Source: Dicyema japonicum (taxonomy: Eukaryota; Animalia; Dicyemida). Taken from it: 64,000 nt of DNA. The notes below the pieces were generated by a model. That model saw only the letters and a program-made list of their open reading frames with translations, was not told the origin of the DNA and made no database searches. Position 1 is the stretch's first letter, and the number at the start of each line of letters is the position of its first letter. The position numbers were made by a program, and so were the translations under genes. Positions 1 through 12,400 of this stretch are shown here, one piece after another. The DNA is taken from assembly GCA_011109175.1 (NCBI GenBank), contig RDEW01000016.1, positions 9,743 through 73,742 of the forward strand, read 5' to 3'.

Positions 1-163
1 TACTGGAGGGGTTTCCACAACTGCATGTAATGGAAGTCTTACCTTTTATGCAGATTCCGGATGGACTCCGTTTCTGTAGAAGTGGAAACTGGATACACTT
101 AATTAGTTGTTTATTTTAACTTCTTTCTCTGTGTATCCGGGGTTAATAAATAATAATAATAAT
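1..163 (+). repeat. Interspersed repeat family A, 3' part (cut by window start), ending AATAAA+(TAA)n
   Basis: Near-identical to 25559-25711; reverse copy at 38101-38330. Confidence 0.8.
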
Positions 164-1102
164 AAAAGCGATATAGGACGTCAAATGGGTTCGACCTCCT
201 TCTATTCAGTCCACGTACACCGAATAAAATAAAGTAACGACAAACACTTAAAACTATAAACTAGATACACATAATTGTAAGCCTGATTTGAAATTGCCTA
301 TCTTAACCTCTTCATTCGTTATCTCTTGAATTTATTTCCTAATTTTCTAGTAATTAGTGCTATTATAACGTCAATGTTATCTTCAAGTATCTTCCTTTTC
401 TGTTCATAAGCATTGTACAAGTTTTCTTGGATTGACTCCATTCTAGTAAGTTTCTCCATTTCTTCCTTGAATTTGTTTGAATAAATATATCGTCATCTTT
501 TTTTTATTCAAATCAGAAATTATCTCCTGAAGTGATTTGGTTAGTATATTAGAAAAAACTAATATTATTTAGTACATTACTATTTCTGATGTCTCCTTCC
601 TGGCTCAATATATTTATCAAATTTACAGCCAAATTTAAATTTTTAATTTATTTTTTTAAATTAATTAAAATAAAAAATTATAAAAGGACTCGTGATAGAC
701 TGGGTGAATTCATTTATTTATTGTCGTATAGTATGAGAACCCGGGCCATCTTCGTGTCCGGAATGATAAGTCAAACTTATCAGTCCAAAACATATGGTTA
801 GAGGAGTCATTAATGAAACCAAAGGAATCACAATGTACTTCCATTATAACCAAAAGAATTGAACAATTGCTACATTATCTAAAGAATTAAAAACGCAACA
901 TAGGCAAAAGTTCAAAAATCTGTCGCCAAACCAATCCAAATTTATTNNNNNNNNNNNNNNNNNNNNTTTCAAGATCTCGTAGCTGGATGGCGAATAGATG
1001 ATGAATTGAGTTTTGTGATTTGGCATCACTGCATACTACATCAAGAATGGACCATGGAAACGGTCATTTCAATCGTAAATCAATCAAATCAAATTTATTC
1101 CA

Positions 1103-1590
1103 AAGTAAGTAAGTAAGGAGTTATTTTTTTAGGATATTTAAACTTGTCCGCCTATGCGGCCTGGACACTTCCGATGTATCCACACTCCATTTAGTTATCT
1201 TTTATCGTCGGATCCCATTGATTCTTTTCTCTATGATGTTTTTAACAGGAGTTAGAATCATGTCTTATTCAGTGCTGAGAGCATTCCAGAGCCTTTTTCC
1301 TAAAGCCAACTTTATTGCCGACCTTCTGGTTTTTTCCATGAGAAACATTATTCTTTCTCTTTGGCAAGAGAAAAACCATGCTTCGCATCCATATAGCAGT
1401 TCCGGTAGGATGATCCTCATGAAGATGAACAAGAAGGTTTCCAGGCTTACAAGCAACTTTCTCGTACATAAGAGTGCTTGAAGCGCCTTCTTCCTTCTTC
1501 GTCTTATGTCCTCCATGAAGGAACCATTTCCATCGATTGCTATCCCGAGGTAGCGCATTGAGTTTACTTTAGGAATCTCTAATGAGTAAG
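1103..1590 (-). mobile_element. RTE-like LINE 3' fragment with (TTAC)n tail
   Basis: ORF 1265-1558: RYLG thumb motif and ILPELLYGCEAW; AGTAAGTAAGTAAG tail at about 1103-1116; 5' side cut by N gap. Confidence 0.7.
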
Positions 1591-1803
1591 NNNNNNNNNN
1601 NNNNNNNNNNNNNNNNNNNNNNNNNNNNNNNNNNNNNNNNNNNNNNNNNNNNNNNNNNNNNNNNNNNNNNNNNNNNNNNNNNNNNNNNNNNNNNNNNNNN
1701 NNNNNNNNNNNNNNNNNNNNNNNNNNNNNNNNNNNNNNNNNNNNNNNNNNNNNNNNNNNNNNNNNNNNNNNNNNNNNNNNNNNNNNNNNNNNNNNNNNNN
1801 NNN

Positions 1804-1930
1804 CAATTTCAGAAGAGAAAAGGAAAAAGACCCCCGTCCGTATAGAAAATGCGTGGGATCACAGTCGGAGCATCGAGAAAAAATGGCCCGATTATTGAGA
1901 GATGCCGGGATCACCTGAATATTAGTTATT
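1804..1930 (+). repeat. Repeat family C: 3' end of a LINE-like ORF (..CVGSQSEHREKMARLLRDAGIT*)
   Basis: The same C-terminal peptide recurs at 23385-23452(+), 40015-40130(-), 52530-52585(+) and 60784-60900(-). Confidence 0.55.
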
Positions 1931-2039
1931 GGTTAAGACGGTGTTTCTTTGGCTTAAATAATAATAATAATAATTGGGAGTGAGTGTAACTTTATTTTCA
2001 TTGTGAGTTGTTCTAATGGATCTTCAGTGTCCATAAAAC

Positions 2040-2300
2040 TTGATGTGTAATTTGAAAGGTCCACAACATTAATCTGATTATGGACAATGGTAAGTAAGCC
2101 TCCACCTCTTCTAAATTTTCAATCTTTTCGGAGCACGTAATAGGAGACGTTGAAATTGAATCTTCATGAGTAAGCTTTGATTCTTGAATTAAAGCGATAT
2201 CTACTGAGTTGGACTGAAAAAATCCTCTAAGTTCAATAATCTTTGTTCAAATTCCAATTATGTTGATTTGGGCAATAATCAATGGCGGTCCTGGATTTGG
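2040..2300 (-). mobile_element. APE endonuclease fragment of a LINE
   Basis: Translates IIAQINIIGI*TKIIELRGFFQSNSVDIALIQESKL...RKD*KFRRGGGLLTIV, which matches APE motifs I-III. Confidence 0.65.
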
Positions 2301-2859
2301 TTTGATATCGCCGGAAATAAGTAGTAATGCACGACGCCATCCACGTCTCAATGAAGAAAGGATAGGGATTTTGCAGATCTTTTTCACATAAATTGTGCAA
2401 TGCCACCACATCGTAGGTGAACACGCGACATTATTTTCAAAAAAGTTTTTTAGATCAACTTTTTAGATTTTTAGGTCAATTTTTAAATAAAAATTTAAAT
2501 AATATAAATTATATGTCACCGCCCGTACGTGGAAATCCATCGATTTTTTGCATTTTTATAACATTTTTCCTTACTCTAATTATTTTTAGTTAAATATACC
2601 AATTTTTTCAAATTCATTGGATATCTGCCTTAATTATTCATGCAAAATATGGTATCATGACAACCTGAAACAATTCAATACAATTAATGTCGGAGAATCT
2701 ATTAAACATTTAAAAAAAATTAAGCGAAAATTAACTTTTAATATTAAAAAATTATTCTTTTCAGGCCCTTTCCCTTACTAACTAAAATAAGTTACATGTG
2801 TGTAAAATAAATAAATAAAATAAATAAACATACCGTTAAAACTCCTACTCGAAACATAG

Positions 2860-3260
2860 ACCCTAATCGCTAACCATAATCCATAACCCTAGCCCTAATC
2901 CCTTACCATATCCATAATCCCTGATCTATGATATTAATCCTTAACCCTAATTTATAACCCTAAATATAAACCCTAACTTTAAACCTTATTTTTTATTCTT
3001 AAACCTAAAGTATCATAAAACCTATCCCTTAACCATCTATTTCTAATTCTAATCATAACTTTGACGAATTCAAATCCATTTTCTAAAAATACCTAAGTGT
3101 GATCTCATCCCTAAAGTAATTTTCAACATCAACCATAATTAATACTCAATCTCATTCCTAGTCACTTATCTAACATAAATCATAATCAATACCTAATCTT
3201 ATTCCTAATCAACAACTAAATATAATCTCCACGTTAAGCCTAAAAGATAAAAAAATATTT
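2860..3260 (+). repeat. Degenerate (TAACCC)-like, telomere-like tract
   Basis: Many CCCTAA/TAACCC/CCATAA hexamer variants, densest at 2860-2990. Confidence 0.6.
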
Positions 3261-3277
3261 CTTGTATGGAAAGTCAA

Positions 3278-6200
3278 TTAAAATAATCTTTTAACTCGCC
3301 TATGGTGGACTATCATTATTTCAGAGTTGCCACCATCTATGTGGACCATAGTTCCTTGTATATCCACTTCTAGATAATCTGTAGTGTCCAAGTGCTCATA
3401 TAATGGACCTTTTTTCGATGTTTTATTGTAATCACAGTCCATTCGTAAATTGACTCTGTCTCTTACATTCAACGATTCTTCCATCTTCTTTTCTTTATCA
3501 TTTTTTCCTTTAGTAGAAAAAACGGATGATAACCATTTTTTAAGAGATTGATTTAACCAGTGATTCTCAACCTTTTTTTTGGTGTACCAAAAAAAGTCAG
3601 TGTACCAAACCAAGTTATTTCGTGTACCAAAGAAACAAAGACTTATTTAATTCTTTTAATTAAATTTAGGGACTTAAAATCTTTTTTTTAACTATTTAAT
3701 GAGAGCCTTGTTTTTCATGCATTTTAATTAGTTTCTGAATATTAGGGTCCAAGCGTGTTAAAAATAATCTGACATCTCCTCGCGAGCAGATATTAAGCTT
3801 ATTACGTTCATCGCTCNACCAAGTTATTTCGTGTACCAAAGAAACAAAGACTTATTTAATTCTTTTAATTAAATTTAGGGACTTAAAATCTTTTTTTTAA
3901 CTATTTAATGAGAGCCTTGTTTTTCATGCATTTTAATTAGTTTCTGAATATTAGGGTCCAAGCGTGTTAAAAATAATCTGACATCTCCTCGCGAGCAGAT
4001 ATCAAGCTTGTTACGTTCATCGCTCAATATCCTGTTTACTACGCTGAATCCTGATTCCACAAGATATGTCGTTGGAAAACATAATAAAATTTTAATTATT
4101 TGTTCCCAAATCTTTGGATATTTGTCTTTAAATTCCTTTTTTTGCCAAAAGGTAGACAAATCCTGGTTTTCAAACAAAATCTTGTTTGAATCCTGATTCC
4201 ACAAGATATGTCGTTGGAAAACATAATAAAATTTTAATTATTTGTTCCCAAATCTTTGGATATTTGTCTTTAAATTCCTTTTTTCGCCAAAAGGTAGACA
4301 AATCCTGGTTTTCAAACAAAATCTTGTAAGAATAATTATATTTAATTTCTATAAAAAATAAAAATGATAAAAATACCAATAAATTCATCTTGCAAATCCA
4401 TTTGCACCTCTACAGTGCTAGTCAAAAAAGGATTTATCATCCATCTTGGTATTTCCATATTAATCACGTCTACAAGTCTGATTGTCATTTCCTTTTCCAA
4501 ATTAATTAGATGGTCAACCAAAATTTTTATATCAAATTGATTAAATGCTTCACATACTGGATATAGAAAATCGTATTTTCCTGATTCAAAGTTATGTCTA
4601 TAATTCTTTAACTTTTCACAAAATGTAATTATTGTAACTCTAACGTCAAACATAGTTACAAAATTTCCCTGCAATTTCAAAGAAATTTCATTCAGTTTAG
4701 CAAAAATCCAATTTAAATAATAAAAAAATTTCTCATTTTATGAAATCGATCTTGCTAATTCCTCTTCATTTTCCGATTCAAGAAAGTCCAAAATAGCTGG
4801 TAAAAGGTTTACAAATCTTTGTAAAGCAGTGCCTTTGGACAACCAGCGAACCTAAAGAATATAAAAAACAAAAATAAACTTCAGTATGATACAAGAGTCT
4901 TAAATAATCTTCATTTCTATCTATACAAAATTTCCTAAAGATCCTATCAGATTTTGGACTTGTTTTAATTCGATTGATCGTTTTTATGACGAGATTCAGC
5001 ACTTGATTTAAAAAAGCGGAGATTTTTTTGAAACCAGATGATGGCGGTGTAATACGCAATGAATATGAATTAAATTCGGACATTTTTGTTTCAAATAAGA
5101 CGCAAATCCTTTGTACTTCCCAACCATGGCCATTGCACTGTCCGTAGCACATGTGATTAAATTGGAAAATGGAATTTGTTTTCCTTCAAAATACGTTTTC
5201 AATACATTAAAAATTGACTCTCCGGTAGAATCTGTTATCAAAGGTCTGATAAACAAAACCTCTTCACAAAAAACTACTTTTTCGTCAAAAAATCTAAGCA
5301 AAATATTATTTAAAATACCTAACTAACATAGGCCATTAATATAGATTTATTATCACATAACAGACATTCTTCAATCTGCAAGGAAAAAACAGTTTTTCTA
5401 AGTATATTTTTTAGGAAGCCATTTCGTCAATTCGGCAACGAATCGTATCATTACTCAAAGGTAAATTCTAGGAACATCAAAATGGTCGCACTACTTTAAA
5501 ATTTCAGATGGATTATGTCCCAACATATCTTGTAAAATAACTGCGATAGAAGGTATTATTAACTATTCACCCGAAACATGGGTAGCATTATTTTTAGCAA
5601 CGATATGGGCAATTTTGTAGGATGCAAGTAACCCATCTATGAAATAGGTTAAAAGGAATACTTTTTCGTGCAAGAGCATGATGACTGATTAACTTTTGAA
5701 GGGTAGTAGGTTCATCAATCTTGTTTTTTATATTTTGAAAATATTCAAGCAAAGATGCGACTGGATTTGGATGTCTAGTCCTCAAATGGTGTGCTAATCT
5801 TGACAATTTCATAGAACTGTTGGCCAAAGAATTTTTGCAGATTATGCAAAAAGGCTTAGATTTGTCTCCACTGGAAGGGATAAATCATATTTCAGATAAT
5901 CTTTACGATAAATCCGAGGAGTACGAGAATTACCACCAGACATGTGATTGACACGAGTATTTATATGTATCAAATGATAATGGTTAACCATCGTAATGAA
6001 CTAATTACTGATAATAAAAAATATTTAAAAAATAATACCATGTACCAATTTTTTTCCATGCACCATTCGAGTATTTTTCATGTACCAAAAATGGTGCACA
6101 TGCACCACGGTTGAGAATCACAGATTTAACCTATACATTATTTTATAAATGATACCTCTCAAACTGGCCTTGAACCTACGGTGCCCTTGGTATTCCAAAA

Positions 6201-6290
6201 ATATACTCTTTCTTGAAAGCGACGCATCAAGATACCCATCTTTTAGATGTTCGATTATCTGACGCAACTTAGAGCCATGTGCAGAAATAA
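3278..6290 (-). pseudogene. Gypsy/Ginger-like DDE integrase relic split by the hAT insertion (pieces about 6124-6290 and 3278-3557)
   Basis: Removing the hAT and one TSD gives a continuous frame ...KIMYRLNQSLKKWL...KKGPLY...VHHRRVKRLF*. This resembles the integrase E-helix (ERLNxTLK) and GPY-like C-terminus. Confidence 0.55.
3558..6123 (-). mobile_element. hAT DNA transposon, Buster/Charlie (ZBED5-like) subgroup, defective
   Basis: TIRs CAGTGATTCTCAACC (3558) and GGTTGAGAATCACAG (6109-6123); flanking repeat ATTTAACC with central TA. Transposase motifs: LSRLAHHL, LSNDT, HCVLHR, HTEVRWLSKG, CFPTTYLVESGFS. Confidence 0.92.
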
Positions 6291-6310
6291 AATAATTTTT
6301 ATTTTTAAAA

Positions 6311-6379
6311 ATTATTATTATTATTATAGGCACGTACGCGATGCCAAGATCATGACAAAGCATGTGCAACACGAAAAGT
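6311..6379 (-). repeat. About 60-bp retroposed element with (TAA)n tail
   Basis: Reverse complement of 38039-38099, which has a 10-bp TSD. Confidence 0.75.
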
Positions 6380-6410
6380 TAACAATCTAATTAACTTGTA
6401 CAAAAAAAAA

Positions 6411-9400
6411 ACGTGGTGTGCTGTCGTGTTGTCGACGTGGTTGTTACGAAAAATACAGACACAACAATGAAGACTAATGAAGAAAGGAAGGAAAACACCT
6501 ATCCATGTGAAAAGTGCAACGTAACTAATATGAGAAAAAGGATGATCGCTTGTGCAGCCTGTTCAAGATGGTATCACAGGTCTTGCGTAGGAGTGTCCAA
6601 GAAGGCTCTTATCAATATGACAAAATGGAACTGCCAACCATGCCTTTCATCTGGTACTGCTTTTTCTTACTCCAATCAAACTGCTTGCATTGAACCGTTT
6701 GACCCTACTCTCGTAGCAGATCCTGATGAAGCTCTGAAACTGATCTCTCGAACGCGCTCGGACGTGACCATTCCTGTGAAGATTCCCAAAGGTGCGAGAA
6801 CTGCTGTTGCCGAGGCTCTGATCTCCACCATCAAGGATGTTTTGAAGCCTGACGCCGTTTCTTCAGAATGGGTCAAATTTTTCCTTTTCCCGTCACTCAC
6901 TCTTGGTATCAGAAGACCAACGGAAGCACTCACTTCTCTCGCAACGAATATCAAAAAGAGAGTTAGACTGTTTCTAAATGAACATAAAATGTCACTTACT
7001 GCTTTAAAATCAACTCAAATTGCACCCCGGAGCTCAAAGCGTCCGAAAACGGAGGAACTTCGCTTAATAAAGAAACTAATCAGGATGAAACTTATGGAAG
7101 GCGATATTCGTGGTGCTGTACGGCTATTAGTTTGTGATCCTGGGACACTTAAAAACATCCCTGAAACGCTCCTGTCTTTACGAGAAAAACAGCCCGGATC
7201 CCCCGAAGACTTGAGAACTATAAAACCTTTCCACGAGGAACAATTGCTCGCCTCTAACGAAGATATAATCACCTCCCTGCGTTTATTTCGTCCTAGTAGT
7301 GGAGGTGGTATCGATGGTTTGAGACCCGGTCACCTACGTGATCTCACAGCTCCAATGATGGGATCTGTCGGGAAGGATCTTTCGAACGTTATTTGCGAAC
7401 TGATCAACAAAATTCTTTCTGGATGTTTGTCTCCTTTCGGTCGAGATATGTTATTTTCTGCTAATCTTGTTCTCTCCGAAAGCCTGACGGCGGTGTCAGA
7501 CCGATTGCTATTGGAAACGTGTTTAGGAGACTTGCAGCAAAAGTCGCTTGCTTTTCTGGGGTTCAAAGATTACTTCCTAGTTTCAGTCCTATACAGATGG
7601 CGTTGGAGATCGTGGCGGTGCAGAAGCTTGTGTCCACGCAGTGAGGAGTTTTTTCACGTCGTCGTCCCAATGCAAAGAGGACGTTGTTGTCTGCAAAGTA
7701 GATCTTAAGAACGCATTTAATTCCATAAGGAGAGATCATTTATTGGAGTTATGGCAAAAAAATTTACCACATATTTGGGAGATTGTTCGCCTTTCATATT
7801 CTAAGCCATCATCATTGGTTTTCCACGATGCCATCATTAAATCACGAACTGGTGTTCAACAAGGCGACCCACTTGGACCACCTCTTTGCTTTGGGGATCC
7901 ATGGAGTAGCCGCATGTTAAAATCACCTTTAAATTTATGGTATTTGGATGACGGAATCATTGGTGGACATCCAATACAGTTTTGGAGGACGTGCGTCGTT
8001 TGATATCTGAATTCGAAGCGATTGGCCTTTCTGTCAACAAGGCCAAATGTGAATTATTCAAGATCAATTTGAGTCCCGATCTGACTACTTTCTACAATGA
8101 TCAGTTTAAATACACTCTCGAAAATTATGCATCGGTTCCAGTTGGGGAGTCTCTGTTCCTTGGTTCCCCTATATTCAAAGACCGAATTGTGGACATGTTT
8201 AAAGAAAGGACAATAGAGCTCGGTACTTTTGAGACCCGTTTGCGGCATTTTGACAACCATATTGCCCTCTTCCTATTGAGAAACTGCTTGTCCATTCCAA
8301 GATTAAACTATTTACTAAGGACTGCACCATGTTATAAGTGTGATTCCTTTTTAATGGAATACTCTGATTGCCTCAAAAGATGTACTGAATTCGTACTTAA
8401 CGTTTCCCTTGACACCCCTGGATGGATACAGACTCAATTACCGATATCATTGGGTGGAATCGGTCTTACTACTCCCTGCCTAATTGCTGGCCCGGCGTAT
8501 TTTGCCTCAAAACTTTCATGCAAAAACCAAGTGGACTCAATTCTTTCAAAGCTTCCATCTCGGAAACTGTCCAACGACTTGGTTGAATACATGGACGTGT
8601 GGCGGAGTGAAGGGCTTAGCGAGCCGCGTAATGCAGACCAACAATCGTCTTGATGATCCATAGATGGAATGCTCTGGCATCCAACCTAGTCAGCCTTCTC
8701 TCTGGACATCGCCTGGACTGTTTCCAAAATTCGAGGGAGGCGGTTGATGGATCTTGGGTTGGGGTTTACCCATGTCAAGAAGTTGGTGGATTGTTGGATG
8801 ATGACTCCCTTCGTACAGCTGTATGTCTACACTTCGGATTGCCTTTTTGCACCAAATCGAAGTGCAAATGTGGCTGTCTATCGGACGAACTGGGTCTCAC
8901 CTCCTCTCATGCCGGAGCGGAATTGGCAGATCTTCTCGACATTCGGCAATGAACGGCATCATTAAGAGGGCATTAGAATCGGCTGGATTCCGTTGCCGGA
9001 TCGAACCGACTGGTCTATTTGACAACGGAAGACGCCCTGACGGCATGACCTCCTTTCCTTTCGAGCGAGGGCGAAACCTTGTATGGGATGTGACCTGTGT
9101 CTGCTCTTTCGCCCCAAGCAAAAAAAATAATTCACCGGGCAGACCTTCTTCTCAAGCAGAGGAAATGCTAAGTATTCGGATATCAGCGACAGGTACATTT
9201 TCGCACCTGTCGCGATTGAAACTTCGGGGAACTTTGGCCCTAAAACGCTGAGTTTCCTGAATCATCTTGGAAAACTACTATCCGACAAAACTGGTGATCT
9301 TCGTGAGGCGAGATGGCTCAAGGAGAGGCTCTCGTTGGCTGTTGTCCGTGGGAATAGCTTATGCATCTCCCAACAGCTGAATAATTAAAATTAAAATTAA

Positions 9401-9450
9401 CTATTCTTTTTCTTTATAATAAAATAAATTAAAATATTTTTGAAAAAAAA
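6411..9450 (+). mobile_element. CRE-clade (RLE-type) non-LTR retrotransposon, near full length, frameshifted; N-terminal PHD finger, RT, CCHC, RLE
   Basis: ATG 6467; C4HC3 PHD at 6506-6643; RT motifs KVDLKNAFN, GVQQGDPLGP, WYLDDG; CKCGC..H..SC..RH; RPDG, WDVTCV, AIETSG; A-rich 3' end. Confidence 0.9.
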
Positions 9451-12400
9451 ATGTTTGAAAATGTAAATTTGAGCATTATGTAACGCGTAGCGCCTGTGAC
9501 ATACGTGGTATTTATACCTATTTATTTACTACCGGTCTTTGAAGTGAAGAAAATCGATAGCGTTTGTTTTCTGAATTGAGAGAATATGGACGACATGACG
9601 AAACCTTCGTCTTCCAACAAGGAAAATCCCAACACAAACCCTTAAGAGAACATTTTGACTGGGATTAATTCGAAGTGTTATTTCTCGCCTATTTTTAACA
9701 TCAATACCTTACTAAGTAAATAAAAAACTCAGAGTAATTGGGAACAATCGCTGAAAGACAAACTCAATATGCTCGAGTATGTTCACCGCAAGTTAAATTA
9801 CGGGGAAGAAGCAATTTGATGAAGAAACACGAAATACTTTGTGTTCGTATGGCTTTAAAAGGTCGAAGATGGAAGATTCGAAAGGATTATCACCTTGATA
9901 CGTGCTAGAATCAACAGTGTGTGGAAGAAACTGAGAGTTTATGAATCGAGAAAGGTTTATAATAGCAAGCTGTTACTTCGACAATAAAAGACGATTCACT
10001 AAAAAAAACCAGCAGAACGGAAATAAATTATTTTCTACTTGGATTTATGTGAAGGAGACATTCGACTCTCAATCACGAGTTTTAGATATTGCAAAACTCT
10101 GGTTAGAAAACAAATCATTGAGAGGAGTAAAAATAATAAGTATTCTGGAATGGAGTCTTTCACCACAGTTCCTCACACTCTGAATCCCGAAAGTTACAAT
10201 GGGAAATCTTGGTCACTGGCAACTCACATGTGCGAATAGTCAGCTCAACTTTATTGACGATATAAAGCTTTTTTTCCATTAAAGTGATACAATGGAAAGG
10301 ATGCTTAAGAAGTTGAATCGATTTTTTGTTCAACTAGATTGGGGAGAGAATTTGACAAGTCTGCGGAGTATGTTTTGTCTAGGGAAGCTCGTTTCCTTGA
10401 TGGAATTGAAATTGATTAAGGGAAATTTTTAGCAAGTCGATAAAAATATACGACGAATTCTTACTGACGACCACGTCCACTCTCGGCCAGCAAACAAATA
10501 ATTACTCTATCTCTAAGAGAAAAATTTGGAAGGTGCTTCGATTCTTTAAGTCGAAAAACTGAACAAAAGCTACTCCAATTTTATGGAGACCTGGAACATA
10601 GGCAAATTACTGCCAAGAACATTGGAAATTCTACATTAACTCAAGGAAGACACATATACATCGAAAGTATAACATTGAAGATACAACAACGTCCAGTTTA
10701 TGGATACTCAGCATGAATATCCAATTACGATATTGAGTAGAAACCGCTGCACTCCGTTCTATATCAGTGTTTGAAAGACATATGTAAATGTTGAATCTGC
10801 TGGATAAGTAATGCATGGAAATAACTCCCCCGCAAACTAAGAAAGACTGTATCTGCTTCAAGATCGCACTCGAACCATGCATCTCATTTAACTGGTTTAC
10901 CATCTCTTGGATAAATTCCATGATATCTAAGCTAGCCAAAAAAGGCTTCCAAAATTACAAAACGATTGACTTCTGTACTGTCTCATTCTCCAATACCTCT
11001 GGAATCCTTAATACCTAAGATCCGAAAAACTTGCAGTTGTGACTTCGAAAAACTAGTTATACGACCGATGCGTACTTGCGTGAGTTCTATAAAGGAACAT
11101 CGTGCCAAGCTGATGTCTCTTTTGGAGCATGCCAGGATCCCATGATTAGTTTCTTTGGAGTTAATTTTTTTTCATTTCATTATCAACATGCTCACATCAA
11201 ATATATCCTTCAGGTGTATTTGGAGCTGTGTAGAACGTGTAGAGAAATTTTCACGTGGGTAGCCAGCTCGTTGAGTAAACTACATAAATCTGTAGGGCAC
11301 AAATCAAACTTATTTCCCTTATCAGTAACTATCGAATAGATTGATGAAAATGACTACAGAAGTGAGAGTCACCGTTCTCAAAATTCTTTATCTTAGAAAT
11401 ATTCTGATGTACTTAAATTTGACCTAGTCAACCTCTCAATTATCATTTTATTATCTTTAATAAAAAATTAATAATTTTAACTACTTCACGGATTCTAGGT
11501 TCGGATCTCATCGTCTCCATTCATACATCCTTTCTTTTGTTAAGAAATTATGGTTTCTGAGTTCTCGAACATGTCGTCTCGTCCATGTTTACATGAAGAA
11601 GGAAATCCATGGCTTTCGTCCATCTTGAAGCCAAGTAGAAATTTCGTAAACCACTGACTGATTATTCAACCACTTGGATTGCAGAAATCAATTCAAAATA
11701 GCCCTGCTGGATGGATAATTCAAACTGTAGAATTAATCATTTATTCATTAGAGAGGTTCCACCTGTTTCTTCAATGAGACATCCCAGAGTTCTCAAACTC
11801 TTACATTTTAGTTCACAATGAAAGCAAATTAGGGAGAGAAAATATTCTGAATTGATTAAGGGCAGCAGAAGAAGTATGAAAAGTTGGCATTGTGATCATC
11901 AAAAATGTATCAAAGACAACACAAAGAATTAACATAAATAGTGTTGACTAATATCGTCCCTACTGAGCACAGAGTGGTCAATGGATGCACATTACAAATT
12001 TAAATGTATGTTGGGGAAGTGAGGAAAAATGTTAAAAGCAATTATCGTCGGGATGATACAACGGCAGAAATATAGAGAATAAATAGTTAGAAATCAAATA
12101 ATGAAAAATATCCATATTTATAGGTTACCGAAATATAAAAATATAGTCTGAAAAAAATGGGACTCATCGCCAGGATATTTCCTCTAGTCGCGGAAACAGG
12201 ACGACTCCCCTCCCATTATGACAAGACTAATAATTACTCCAATACCAACTTTCCTTTATTTAATCAGGGCGTGTTTTGTCTTCAGGGAGTTGCTGTTTGC
12301 GATAAAATCAGTTTGTTTCTTATTATCTTGTTAACAAAGCACAGATCTTGACAAATCGAGGCCACTTTCTCCTACAATTCCCTCTAGTCTTCACTAGGTA

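Noticed and set aside
290-640. Coiled-coil-like reading on the minus strand (FKEEMEKLTRMESIQENLYNAYEQKRK)
   Set aside because: In-frame TGA with no usable intron and no recognisable family; cannot support a gene call.
3608-4320. Two tandem duplications inside the hAT (about 210 bp and about 140 bp)
   Set aside because: Near-identical copies with an N at one junction (3817); likely an assembly artefact or trivial local duplication.
6676-8661. Antisense ORFs over CRE copy 1, and similar ones over CRE copy 2, ECHS1 and NUP98
   Set aside because: Shadow ORFs of real coding sequence; no independent motifs.
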